Under the pieces are notes generated by a model, which did not search any database, was not told the origin of the DNA, and was given only the letters and a program-made list of their open reading frames with translations. A stretch of 64,000 nt of DNA from Podarcis bocagei (Eukaryota): NCBI GenBank assembly GCA_964188305.1, contig OZ076887.1; one strand, 5' to 3'. Shown in pieces: positions 12,850 through 23,788 of this stretch. Every line of letters begins with the position of its first letter. Positions within the stretch are counted from its first letter, which is position 1. The translations under genes and the position numbers were made by a program.

Positions 12850-13375
12850 ACATCAAGCCCAAGAGTGCTCATTAATGGTTCCTCATCATCCTTGAAAAAA
12901 ATGACAACTGGGGTCCCCAGAGTTCTGTCCTGGGCCCGTTGTTGTTCAGAGTCTTTAGAAATGACTTGGATGTATGAATTGAGGAGATGCGCATCAAATT
13001 TGCAGATGACACCAAACTGGGAGGGGTAGCTAATTCCTCCGAAGACAGAATCGGGATTCAGGATGTCCTTAACAGATTGGAGAACTAGGAAATTTATTTT
13101 TTTTAAAAGAGGGACAAATGTCAGGTTCTGTACTTAGGCAGAAATAACCAGCTGCACCAGTATAAGTTGGGGGACACCTGGCTTGCCAGCAGTACATGTG
13201 AAAAGGATCTAGGAGTGTTAGTAGACAACAGCTTAACATGAACCAGCAGTGTGATGCAGCAGCAAAAGAAAAAGCTAATGCTATTCTAGGCCGCATCAAC
13301 AGAAGTATAGTGTCCAGATCAAGGGAAGTCATAGTACCATTCTATTCTGCCTTGGTCAGACCACACCTGAAGTAC
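12850..13375 (+). mobile_element. CR1 LINE reverse transcriptase fragment (decayed)
   Basis: GVPQ.SVLGP, KFADDTKLGG and EKDLGV remnants, broken by stops and frameshifts. Confidence 0.8.
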
Positions 13376-13455
13376 AGGCATCCCCCCCCCATGTGAAATT
13401 GACTTGCGTGTGACCCCGTATTAGCAGTGAATAATGTCTTCTTGGTTTTTTCAAG

Positions 13456-13572
13456 GCAACCTTTCCAGAAAAATCACCCATGCAGTGGGATGATACTCTT
13501 AATGCTGGTTTTAGTGAAGGCAACTCAACCTGGATACCTGTAAATCCCGACTATCCAAATATAAACGTGAAG
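13456..13572 (+). CDS. SLC3A1: SLC3A1 exon 9
   Basis: tcaag|GCA and AAG|gtaagt; 117 bp; ATFPEKSPMQWDDTLNAGFSEGNSTWIPVNPDYPNINVK. Confidence 0.93.
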
Positions 13573-13845
13573 GTAAGTATGATGACTGAAGCACTCTTCT
13601 CTCTTGTTCAAATAAATTACAAATTATTTTCTTTAGCAGGGCCAGTATTATCAAGATACCTAAAAATGTTTGAATGAGGCCCCCTCACATGCACAGAAGT
13701 AAAACTCAGGATGATTCCCAGAGCAGTGACCATCTTTCCACCTTCAGAGTTGATGGGAAGGAGTAGCTATTAAGCCTGAAACAAATTGTATGGGAAATCA
13801 GTATGTGCTTATGCATTACACTTACCTAGGACTGGCAGACAATTA

Positions 13846-14205
13846 CCGTATTTTTCGCTCTATAACACGCACCAGACCATAACACGCACGTAGTTTGTAG
13901 AGGAGGAAAACAAGAAAAAAAATATTCTAAACGAAATAGTGGATATATGATTTTTGTGGTTCATGCTGTGGCCACAGACATGTGATCTGACAGTGAGTTT
14001 GGAGTAGCCCAATGCAAAAATCCTGAGGATCCATGCTTTGTAACCACAGAGGAGGGAAGGAAGGGGAACCATGGATCCTCTGCTCACGACTGCAGCAGAT
14101 CCCCCCCCCCCCATCACCTGCAGGCATTCGCTCCATAACACACAGAGACATTTCCCCTTACTTTCTAGGAGGAAAAAAGTGAGTGTTATGGTGCAAAAAA
14201 TACGG
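13846..14205. mobile_element. Tc1/mariner/pogo-type MITE
   Basis: TIR CCGTATTTTT/AAAAATACGG with TA flanks. Confidence 0.75.
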
Positions 14206-15107
14206 TAAATCATTTTAGGCTGCAATCTGAAGTACACTTGTCTGGAAGTAAGGCTGCAATCCAGATTTCCACTTACCTAGAAGCAAGCATCACTGAATTC
14301 AGTGGGAATTACTTCTGAGGTTAAGATGGCATTGGTGTATAGCAATTCTATACCTATTTACCTAGGAGTAAGCTCCATTGAACTAACTAGGGCTTGCTTC
14401 CAGGTGGACATGTATAGGATTGCACTGTAAGTTGATTTATTCTAACATTTGCCTATTGCTGATACCTCAATATAGATGCTTTCTTGCCCTATCAGAAAGA
14501 GTAAAGTATCTTACAATTTAATAAAGCAGCCACTCATTGCGGTAAGGAAATATTTTATCCTCCCTTCCATATTACAGTAACACACTCAACAGCCTGAAAA
14601 AAAATGAATGATGGTACGTTTAACTCGAGAGCCCATTTGAGACGACAAAAAAAGGGCTAAAAAATAAATGGCTACTTTAACTATTAAAATTATGCACAGC
14701 ACTTAAAATTGCCCCCCGATCAATCAGCGGAGGCTTGTGCATAACGCTGCGCATAGGCCCAGAATGCACATGGCGTCTTATAGAGGTAACATATGCTCTC
14801 AAGGAGGTTTCAGTCTAAACCAGATAATGGGGAAACAACAGAGTAGGGAGAGGTTGACAAAGGCCGAGAGAGAAGAATGTGCACAAGTGTCATTTGAAGG
14901 CAGCAGTTGAGATGGCACCATGGGCAGGGAGGCAGTTCCATGCATAGGGGTGGCAAGGAGAAAAGTCATTGAAGGGGGCAGTAGACCTTTGGCTGACTGA
15001 GGGTGGTAGAGTAGGAGCAGCCGAGGTCACAGGCAGGGATGGAATGAGAAATTACTTTACTTTCAGCATCTGAGAATTGACTAAAGGATGCAACCATTGC
15101 ATTACAG

Positions 15108-15548
15108 GAGCAAGGGAGTCAACAGAATTCTACACTCAGCTTGTATCGAGAGCTCAGTTCCATTCGTGCCAACGAGCTTCCCATTTTTAGAGGATGGATG
15201 TGTTATGTTTGGAATGATCGCGACATCTTTGCATATGTGAGGGAACTGGATGGGTTAGATCAAGTGTTTATGGCGGTCCTAAATTTTGGACAGCAGACTG
15301 TAACAGATCTGCAGGGTTCGGTTCCTGGTATTCCCTCTGAAGCTACTGTAAAGCTAAGCACAAATGTTGTCAACAGTGGCAGAGTAGTAAATACCAAAGC
15401 AGTCGCAACTGAAAAGGGAGAAGGACTCATTTTGGAATACTGGACAAGCGAACCTATCCACCAGATGGAAGCTTTCAAAGAGAAGTGTTTTGTTGCAGAA
15501 AAGGCATGCTATTCAAGCACCTTCAATTTACTCTATGCGTATTGCTAA
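15108..15548 (+). CDS. SLC3A1: SLC3A1 exon 10 (terminal coding exon)
   Basis: tacag|GAG acceptor; 441 bp to TAA; ends EKCFVAEKACYSSTFNLLYAYC, the Cys-rich rBAT C-terminus. Confidence 0.95.
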   Translation, partial: EQGSQQNSTLSLYRELSSIRANELPIFRGWMCYVWNDRDIFAYVRELDGLDQVFMAVLNFGQQTVTDLQGSVPGIPSEATVKLSTNVVNSGRVVNTKAVATEKGEGLILEYWTSEPIHQMEAFKEKCFVAEKACYSSTFNLLYAYC

Positions 15549-16046
15549 GTGGCAATGGTTTGTTCCAAATCTATGAGTTGTAATTTCTTTACAAAAGGGG
15601 CAGCAGCTTTGAAGGACCAAATTTGAATGCTGTGTTTAGATAGCTTTTGGGTGTGTATGTGCGCGTGTTTTTAATTACTTGTTACTTGTTTGCCAGCTGT
15701 CCAAAAATGGAAAACTTTACAGAATTTGGAACCTTGCACTTTGGCACAAAAATGTTTGGAACGCTGCTATATCTGAAAAGATCACTTGTCAATTTCGAGT
15801 GCCACAGGGTACAGCTAAACATGATGCTTTTCATGCTTTTTGGTGAAATTACATTATATACATTAATACGTACCACTTCCAGCGACACTCGGAGGCCTCC
15901 CTTGATATTTGGAACTCTCAAAATGACCTTTTTATTTGTATTGGATTGTATTGTACCATCCATGCTCTGTTTTCTTGACAGTTGTATAGTGTTTCTTGGT
16001 TTTTTATTTTTCTATCCTAGGTTCTATACTTAGACTTTAAAAAGCC

Positions 16047-16052
16047 AATAAA
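16047..16052 (+). terminator. Candidate SLC3A1 polyadenylation signal AATAAA
   Basis: First canonical AATAAA I found downstream of the stop, about 500 nt after it. Confidence 0.5.
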
Positions 16053-16896
16053 AATGACTAAAGCAAAAGTAGAAACAAAAAACAACAACAAAACAGTAGC
16101 AGGTCATTTTGGGGCATCACTGTCTCCACTTACTTGCAATATCTCTTATCAGAAATAATTTCATGCACTGAGCAGTGGCTCGACTAGAATTAGTTCCCAG
16201 GTCTCTTCCAACTACGTGTCTGCCACATGCGTAGGCTAAACTTCATCTCCTACCTTCATGGCAGCAGAGATAAATGCAGAATTTGGGATTATCTTCCAGC
16301 ATAATGAAAAGGAATGCATCTGTAATGGTTGAACCATTCTGTTACAAGCACTACATAGGTCGGCCCTTGAAAACAATCTGGAAACTTCGCCAAACTTCTG
16401 ACAGGAGACAGGAGAACAGAACATATCACTCTAGTCCTTCACCAACTGCACAGTGCAATCCTAGTCTATTTACAAGTTAAGTCCCGCTGAGGCTTATTCC
16501 CACACAAGGGTGTATGAGCTTACAGTCTACATGTCATTAAGAATAGCTTCGTTCTGTTTGAACCAGCCTGGAAACTCCCAGATTGTAGAATACCTTGCCT
16601 AGGGAGGTAAGCTTGCCCTCTTTACTGATTTTTGGCCTGTACAATATTTTAGTTATTATTTTTACTGTTATGTTTTTGGTTTCCATGATTTTGTTTTCCA
16701 TGATTTGCAATTGCTCTTTTATATTGTTCAGCTCATATGTTTATTTCTTCTAGCCAGAGGTCACAACAAACTTGTAGCAATAGTAATACACCATACATCT
16801 GTAACATACGCCAACATCTATGATGTAAGAGAGAGAGAAATTATTGTGAACGACCTTGTGGAAGGTGTGATAAAATCAATTCAAGTAAACATACTT

Positions 16897-16902
16897 TTTA
16901 TT
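16897..16902 (-). terminator. Candidate PREPL polyadenylation signal (TTTATT on +)
   Basis: AATAAA on the - strand about 250 nt past the PREPL stop; a second candidate lies at 16740-16745. Confidence 0.45.
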
Positions 16903-17153
16903 TTGTAAAAAAAAAAAGACATTTGGAGGTATACAGGGTTTTCAGTTTTTAAGAAAAAATATGTACAGTAATTACAAATTCATGAAAAATTACTCTGGAA
17001 TACTTTAGCCAATTCTAAAATAACCCTATAGATTATTTTAAATAATTTTCCATTCCCGTTTTAAATAGAAAATTAGTTTAAATAGTTTCTTATTCCATCA
17101 AAACTATTTCCGTTGGCCTTAGGATTTGGGAGAAAAATTCCAGCTTTGCAGAG

Positions 17154-17210
17154 TTACTGCCGTTTGTCAAGTCCAAGCTCCTTGTACAAAAATGCTAGTT
17201 GTGTTGAAGC
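17154..17210 (-). CDS. PREPL: PREPL terminal coding exon
   Basis: tttag| acceptor on -; ASTQLAFLYKELGLDKRQ*, resembling the PREPL C-terminal FLYEELGLD motif. Confidence 0.9.
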   Translation of the reverse strand, partial: ASTQLAFLYKELGLDKRQ

Positions 17211-18574
17211 CTAAAACAATGAAAAACATTTCACTGTGAAAAAACCAGCAGACACTTCATAGCACTTTGCACATTTCAGAGAAGTATAACTCCCTCTTTC
17301 CCCACTCTATTGCTGCTTCCCTCCCAGTGCAATTCGTGCTCCTGTAACATTGGGTATAATAATGTGGATTCTCCTGCAGTCTGTACAGTAATCAGAGTTC
17401 TTCCTGCTCAATTCTCTTTATAAAATGGCAGCTGTTGTAATGGGCTTTTCACTGAGATCAGAAAAGCTTCCTGTGAATTGAGCATTACTGTCAGGTATAG
17501 CACAGCTTGTGACTAGAACAGCAGCGGCAAGTCTGAAGCCGGTGTCACAAAAATGCTTTCGAAATTGCTTTGCTTCTTCCCACTGTAGCCAGTGGATGAA
17601 GAAAGTGTCTTGCTCATGTGTACGCACTCTATGCTAAGTAGACAAGCTGAATTCAGCTGTGCAGGGGGAAAGCAACAAAGAATTATTTTTGTGCACGTTG
17701 CTTTTTCGTACGCTGAAATTCCTTCGTGTTTTGTTCTAACTGATTGTTTTCAGCAAAAAAAGGCCCCCAAGAACTGCTTGCAGAGGTACAAAAGAGCTAA
17801 ATTAATAAATAATTAGCAAAAACATACATATACATGGGTATGTATAGCATGTTCCTGATATACATAGCAAGAAGCCCATATGAGTACGGCTACCAGTGTT
17901 GGGGGAATGAAAGTGGAAGACCTTCCTTGCTGAATTTGCAGTATATGATTTAAGAAGCTCAATCCTTGCACAGTGCAGTTAGCCTGTTTTCAACAGTACC
18001 CATCAGCTTTTGGGGTGGAAGGGTAATGGTTGAATCCAGGCCTCTGCCCACCCCAGTCCCCCAAAACAGATACTAGTTGCTAGTGAAGACAATCTGGCTC
18101 GTGAATTGAGCTTCTCAAGAAGAAAGGCATAAATGCCATCTGTAGGAGTCCTCTGGTTGGATGATGACCAATTACTTTTTTTTATAGATATAGCATTTTT
18201 TTCTTGCTGGGTGATATCCAAAGTTGGTGCATCGTGAATAGAAGGCGTCCCCATTTATGGAAAAAGAGGTGCAGAGTCTCTTTTTTCCAACAAGGGACCT
18301 CTTATTTATTATGGAGAAAAGTATTATTTATGAAACACTCAAGCAGAAAGCAGAACAATTAAAATATGTCTACACTAAATAAAGCATGAGAAGTGTTCAT
18401 GTCATACACAAGCAAATGCTCTTTTAACATCTGGTCTAGGTAGGTACTGGGTTCAAGATCAGTTTGTACTGACCAATTCACATAACAGCTCCTCCTGCCC
18501 ATTCAAGGTGACTTTGGGGCATTCATCTTAAAATGGACAGCAGGATACATGCTAAACCCCCTCCAGGGTGTTTT

Positions 18575-18892
18575 TGTCGCGTATTCCACGCGGCGTTTTC
18601 AGCGAAACACTAAGAGTTCCAGGTTTTTCAGTGCAGTCCTTTTTAATGTGAGCTATATACAGGCATTTACAAAAGAAAGTCCATACAGAGTACTTACAAA
18701 CGAATACTCTCCACCACAGTACCACCACACTACAGCACAACTACCAGCCCCTGTTAAACAGGCTTTCCTTTTTAAAACAGGTGATAGCCAATTACACTAA
18801 TCACACTCCTGCTGAGTCACTCTGACCCAGCAGAGTATTGCATCATCCTGTTGAAGCCTGCAGACTTATCCAGTATCCTGCGAATCCCGACA
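18575..18892 (-). repeat. Copia 3' LTR (~318 bp)
   Basis: Begins TGTCGGGATTC right after the PPT and ends GAATACGCGACA (imperfect terminal inverted repeat); contains a TATA-like TTTTAAAA and an ATTAAA. Confidence 0.88.
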
Positions 18893-18899
18893 CTCCTCC

Positions 18900-21458
18900 T
18901 TAAGTCAAAGGCTTGAGACCCAATAATTCTCTTAAGTCTCGAAATTTAGGAGCATCCAAACATTTTGTATACAAATCCGCCACATTACATTTTGTGTTAC
19001 AGTGCTGTACCTTTAACACATTTCTTTCCAAAGCATTTTTCACATTTCCGTATCTTATCACAATATGTTTACTCTTGCTCTTAAAGTTCTGTTGGTTGGC
19101 AAGCTGTTGTGCAGCCATGTTGTCACTTAGCACAGTGATTGGCATTTCAGAAGGTATTCCAAGCTCTTTTGTTAGGCAAGCAAACCACTCTATTTGTGAC
19201 ACACATTCGCTTATGGCTGAGTACTCTGCTTCACAAGTACTTGTGGCAACAAATGTTTGTTTCTGGGATTTCCACTGAACCAGGGCATTTCCAATATATA
19301 TGGCATAGCCAGTGGTAGACTTTCCATTTTCTCTGTCCCCCCAGCTGGCATCAGCGTATGCATACACTTGCTGATCATATCCTGTATTCAGCACCAGTTT
19401 GTAATCTTTTGTGCCTTTCAGATACCTTAGGATTCTTTTAAGTGCTACCCAATCTCTCTGAGCCGGGTCTGCACTTCTTTGGCTTAACATGTGCACTGCC
19501 AATGTTATGTCGGGTCTTGTCCAACAACTTAAATATAACAGAGAACCCAACAGAGAATGAAATGCTGTTACATTCTCACATTTTTGCCCTTCTGGTTCAT
19601 TTTTGTACTGGGTAGTTATGGGAGTGTCAACCTCATTTGCCCTCTCCATTCCATAGGTCTTCAGTAACTTTTCGATTTTTTCCTTCTGACTCAGAGAGTA
19701 AATGCCCTCTTCATTTCTCTGAACCTCTACTCCTAAGTAATTTTGAATCTCTCCCAAATACTTCAGTTTGTATTTGTTACCTAGGCTGTTTATAAACCAA
19801 GACACTTGCTTTTGTGCAGTTGTTATTAGACAAATATCATCAACATACAAAAGTAAATAACAAACACTTCCTTGCACCATTGCTGAATATAAACAGGAAT
19901 CAGCCAGGCTTTGTTTGAATCCCATCTTTTTCAAAGTTGTGTCTATGCATTCATGCCATAGACGTGCACTTTGGTGTAAACCGTATAGTGCCTTTTGCAG
20001 TTTTAACACCATGCTGTCTTTTTCTAGCTCATAACCTGGTATTTGCTGTAAATATACTTCAGCGTCAATAGGAGCATTTAAATATGCTGAGGCAACATCA
20101 AAATGATTAACTTTTAACCCTCTCAGACTTGCCATTGCTAAAACTGATTTTACTGTTTCAGCCTTTGCTGTTGGGGCAAACACTTCATCATAATGTATCA
20201 TTTTCCTCTGTGTAAAGCCCCGTGCAACCAACCTGGCTTTCCTCTGACAACTACCATCAGCCAGCTTTTTCACTTTAAAAACCCACTTACAGCTTATGGG
20301 CTTTTTACCTTTAGGCAATTCTGTAGGTACAAACACATTGTTGTTTAGCAGAGAGTTATACTCTGCCTGCATTGCCTTTAACCACGCCTCTTTCTCTAGA
20401 GTAGGTAACTCTTGCACTTCTTCAAAGTTTTCTGGCTCAGTTACACAAACCTGGTTTATGGTGGCTGGGAACCCATAACGGTCTGGAGGTTGACCTTTAT
20501 TACTTCTTGCAGACCTCCTTGGTTCATTAATCTCACCCCCTGGGCTACCTTCAGGACTGCTTTTGGGGTGGATTGACTCTGGAGATCTACCTCCTCCTGT
20601 CCCTGTTGCACTTTCTTCTCTCCCCTGCTCCATGCTAGCAGCTGGAGAAAAATACTCAACCTTTACTTCCTCCCTTTCAGTTTCTCTGGGAGAGCTGCCA
20701 ATTCTTAGCTTTGTTTCAACTGCCTTATCAGGTATGCTCGGCAGTAAAACTTTTTCTGGCAGCAGGTTTGCATGTATCTTGGGCCAATTTCTTTGCTCAT
20801 TAAAGCTGGCTGATCGACTATAACTCAAAAGGTTTTTATCATCTTCAAACCTGTAGGCTTTCGTACCACTTTCATACCCAAGAAATAGCAACTGCTGTGC
20901 CCTTTTCCCACCTTTTCTTCGGTTTTTCACAGGTATGTCAACCCATGCCTTTGTCCCAAAGATTCTTAAATGTTGCAAACTGGGACTTTTATTATAGAGA
21001 ATTTTATAGGGTATGTCATCTAGTACCCTTGACCACAAGCGATTCCCAATATAATTCGCGGTCTTAATACTTTCAGCCCAGTACTTAATTGGAAGATTTG
21101 CATCTGCTAACAATGCTTTCATTTGTGTCTGCAAGACACCTCCCCTACGCTCTGCTACTCCGTTCTCCTGAGGCGTGGCCACATTGGTAAGCCTATGTTT
21201 AATCCCTTGGGAACGCAACCAGTTTCTTAGGGAGCTTGCCATAAACTCCCCTCCCCTGTCTGATTGAATAGAGCACACCTTTTCACCAAGTTGCCTTTCT
21301 ACCCTTCTTACCCAGAACTTCAAAGTTTGGGCAACGTCAGACTTTTGCTTTAATGGATAGACCCAGCCAAATCTAGAAAAATCATCCACTAGGATCAAAC
21401 AGTACTTGTTGTGGGAGACACTTGGTGGAAAAGGACCAGTTACATCAGCATGAATCAA
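18900..21458 (-). CDS. Copia pol ORF (integrase-RT-RNase H), 852 codons open
   Basis: HADVTGP/DDFSR/SDRGGEF/NGVAER (integrase DDE), KARLVARGF, LYGLHQSAR, YVDD (RT), ADASW/EAEY/SDN (RNase H). Confidence 0.93.
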   Translation of the reverse strand: MIHADVTGPFPPSVSHNKYCLILVDDFSRFGWVYPLKQKSDVAQTLKFWVRRVERQLGEKVCSIQSDRGGEFMASSLRNWLRSQGIKHRLTNVATPQENGVAERRGGVLQTQMKALLADANLPIKYWAESIKTANYIGNRLWSRVLDDIPYKILYNKSPSLQHLRIFGTKAWVDIPVKNRRKGGKRAQQLLFLGYESGTKAYRFEDDKNLLSYSRSASFNEQRNWPKIHANLLPEKVLLPSIPDKAVETKLRIGSSPRETEREEVKVEYFSPAASMEQGREESATGTGGGRSPESIHPKSSPEGSPGGEINEPRRSARSNKGQPPDRYGFPATINQVCVTEPENFEEVQELPTLEKEAWLKAMQAEYNSLLNNNVFVPTELPKGKKPISCKWVFKVKKLADGSCQRKARLVARGFTQRKMIHYDEVFAPTAKAETVKSVLAMASLRGLKVNHFDVASAYLNAPIDAEVYLQQIPGYELEKDSMVLKLQKALYGLHQSARLWHECIDTTLKKMGFKQSLADSCLYSAMVQGSVCYLLLYVDDICLITTAQKQVSWFINSLGNKYKLKYLGEIQNYLGVEVQRNEEGIYSLSQKEKIEKLLKTYGMERANEVDTPITTQYKNEPEGQKCENVTAFHSLLGSLLYLSCWTRPDITLAVHMLSQRSADPAQRDWVALKRILRYLKGTKDYKLVLNTGYDQQVYAYADASWGDRENGKSTTGYAIYIGNALVQWKSQKQTFVATSTCEAEYSAISECVSQIEWFACLTKELGIPSEMPITVLSDNMAAQQLANQQNFKSKSKHIVIRYGNVKNALERNVLKVQHCNTKCNVADLYTKCLDAPKFRDLRELLGLKPLT

Positions 21459-22467
21459 CTCCAGTGGTTTTTTGGTTTCTCTCTGGCTTGCTCTTGCTAC
21501 TGGGCAAGCCCTGCTTTTTAACCTCCTTGCAGATATTGCAGTCTAAGTAATTATCACAACTTTTTATGTTTTTCATCCCCCCACACAACTCCAATGTTTT
21601 GTTTAGCACCTTATAGCTAGCATGAGCCAGACGCCTGTGCAGGAGATGAATACACATATCATGGGTCGGGACATTTTGCACATTCGCAACCTTAGATTCA
21701 CACTGCAGTACATACATATTAGTTCTAAGGCTAGCATTTGCCAACACTGCCCCATTTTGCTTTATCTGGCACTGATCTCCCACAAAATTTACTTCAAAGC
21801 CTGCTTTTGCCAAATCAGGAATGCTCAGGAGATTGTTTTGCAAACTAGGCACACACAACACATTCCTGAATGTGTGTCCTGCGAATCCCGACAGTTTTCC
21901 CCCGAGTAAGTCACCAGGGAGAGGAATGAGAGGCGATGCATGTAGACATGGCCAGTCGAATATATTTTGCTGCCTGAGATGAATTGCAACAGGACGTCCC
22001 CTTACCACCTGGACCGACAACTGAATTTCACTTCCGCATTGATGACAGGATAGCATCCCCCATGCACCCAAGGTAGCTGCCCAGTTTAGGGACTGCAGGA
22101 GAGGCCATATGGCAACAAAGGGGAATAGCTAGCAGGCTCAGGAGGAACTGCTGGGGGTGCTTTTGCTGTCCCCACAACATATGCCACCTGAAGCAGTTGC
22201 TTCATTCTGTCTAATGGTAAGGCTGGCCCTGTGTGTAGATATCACAGGAGAGATGGTACTAGGTAGATAAGTGGTGGTGTGCAGATTTGAGATAGTTATT
22301 TGGGAATCACAAACACTGTACATGCATACATATTATTCCTCAAACGTTCATGACCCTTGAAGGTTCGGTTTTTATCTCACAACATGAGAGCAATTATCTC
22401 CACAGTGTCTAACACTGATCTGTGCTGTTTCTCTTGTTGATTGCAAAAAAGAGCACAGTGAGGATAC

Positions 22468-22550
22468 CTGATTTAAAGAATCATCCCAAGATGGAGCACA
22501 ATGACTGCCTCCTGGCTGAACATCTAAGAGAATATTAGGCATCTGAAGTC
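22468..22550 (-). CDS. PREPL: PREPL coding exon with the catalytic His
   Basis: 83 bp; LQMPNILLDVQPGGSHCAPSWDDSLNQ; AG/GT boundaries; phase 1 to 0. Confidence 0.92.
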
Positions 22551-22883
22551 CTGAAACAAGCAGAAAAGGCCAACAAAGGATGAGACAAGAGTGGGGGAGA
22601 AGCTGTGTTTTTCTTGTAGAAACAAGTATATACTCTGCTGGTGATGAAAGTAAATTCAGTATTTTGTCACAACCCATTATGCTTAACGGCTGATGGGGAT
22701 GGAATATTTTGAAGGTATCCTGTACCTGTTCGCTCCAAAGCATTTTTGTAATATAAACTCATTTTGGTCATTCATCCCGTAAAAAAAAAAAAGTGACCCA
22801 GATGCTGGTTTTGCCAGGACAATTAACATAATAGCCATTCCATGTGATGCACTTTAAGGCAAAGAATGCATTTACACCAACAT

Positions 22884-22950
22884 TGTTGTTGTTGTTTAGT
22901 CGTGTCCGACTCTTCGTGACCCCATGGACCAGAGCACGCCAGGCACTTCT
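22884..22950 (-). mobile_element. BovB/RTE-related 3' tail fragment
   Basis: (TTG)n followed by TTAGTCGTGTCCGACTCTTCGTGACCCCATGGAC, the typical BovB/Sauria 3' end in antisense. Confidence 0.7.
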
Positions 22951-23652
22951 GTCCTCTCACCAACATTACCACTCCCCATATGTACATTCAACAAGGACTT
23001 GGGAGATTTATCACGCTTCTGGTCAAAAGGTGTGCTGGTCTGATTTAATCTGCTTCTCCGTAAAAAGTGTGTCCTCATCATCTTGCCCATCCGATGATGG
23101 TAGACGTCCACACAGCAGAAACTCCCGTTTGTCCATGTAATCTCTACTGAGCATTTCAGCCCTCATGACCCAGCCCTTCAACCACCATGACTGTGACTTA
23201 AGATCCAGCCATCACCCTTCTCTGTTTACTCACGAGGAACTGAAGCCTTGAGCTGGGTCACACAAGAGTCCTAAAGTAGTTCTTGCTTCAGTTGCTTTGC
23301 AATGTATGTGCAAGCAACAGCAAGCGCAAAAAAGGAACAGGAAAAGAATCTGATCTGACCCGAATTGGATCTTTCAGTGGTACCAATAATCTGTTTGGAA
23401 TGGAGGGGTAGGGAAGGAAGCTGAACACTGAATCTAGACCCACATCCCCGTCCCTTGAAGAAAAGGTTGATGCAACCACAGAGCTCTTATTTAAGGTTGT
23501 GTTTACATAGCTCTTGCTCAGAGATTGCAAGAATTCAGCTTGGACAAAAATATTTGTACATATGCATGTTACTGTTGGATCGGGGCAACAGTCCTTCCAT
23601 TGCAACAATTTCTCATATAACGATTCAGCTAACCACAGATTTCTAATTTTAC

Positions 23653-23788
23653 CTTTCACTTTTGCGCAGTTGTCTTGGGCATGGAAAGCTTGTACAGCTT
23701 TTCTCAGTTTACAGATGTATCTTAACAACCCAGCCAGAGGTATGCGTTGATCATTTTCAGAGGCTGTGATGAAAGCAGAAGGATAATT
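23653..23788 (-). CDS. PREPL: PREPL coding exon with the catalytic Asp
   Basis: 136 bp; NYPSAFITASENDQRIPLAGLLRYICKLRKAV...AKVK. Confidence 0.92.

Larger units (their letters stand above)
18575..21893 (-). mobile_element. Ty1/copia LTR retrotransposon, internally deleted (gag and most of the 5' LTR missing)
   Basis: Domain order PR-end, HHCC, IN, RT, RNaseH; PPT ttaaggaggag before the 3' LTR; TG..CA ends; TSD GTTTT at 18570-18574 and 21894-21898. Confidence 0.93.

Noticed and set aside
18900-21458. Domesticated retrotransposon-derived host gene
   Set aside because: It retains LTR, PPT and TSD, and the ORF has no ATG start (it begins at TTG) or promoter; recent insertion explains the open frame more simply.
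21894-22071. N-terminal part of the 208-aa ORF 21445-22071 as gag or a host-copia fusion protein
   Set aside because: It lies outside the TSD, so it is flanking intron sequence that is open by chance; only the part within 21893 is element-derived.
22460-22467. PREPL last-intron donor GTATCCTC resembles a U12-type 5' splice site
   Set aside because: No TCCTTAAC-like branch point near the acceptor at 17211, which has an ordinary pyrimidine tract; treated as U2 unless a scoring tool says otherwise.
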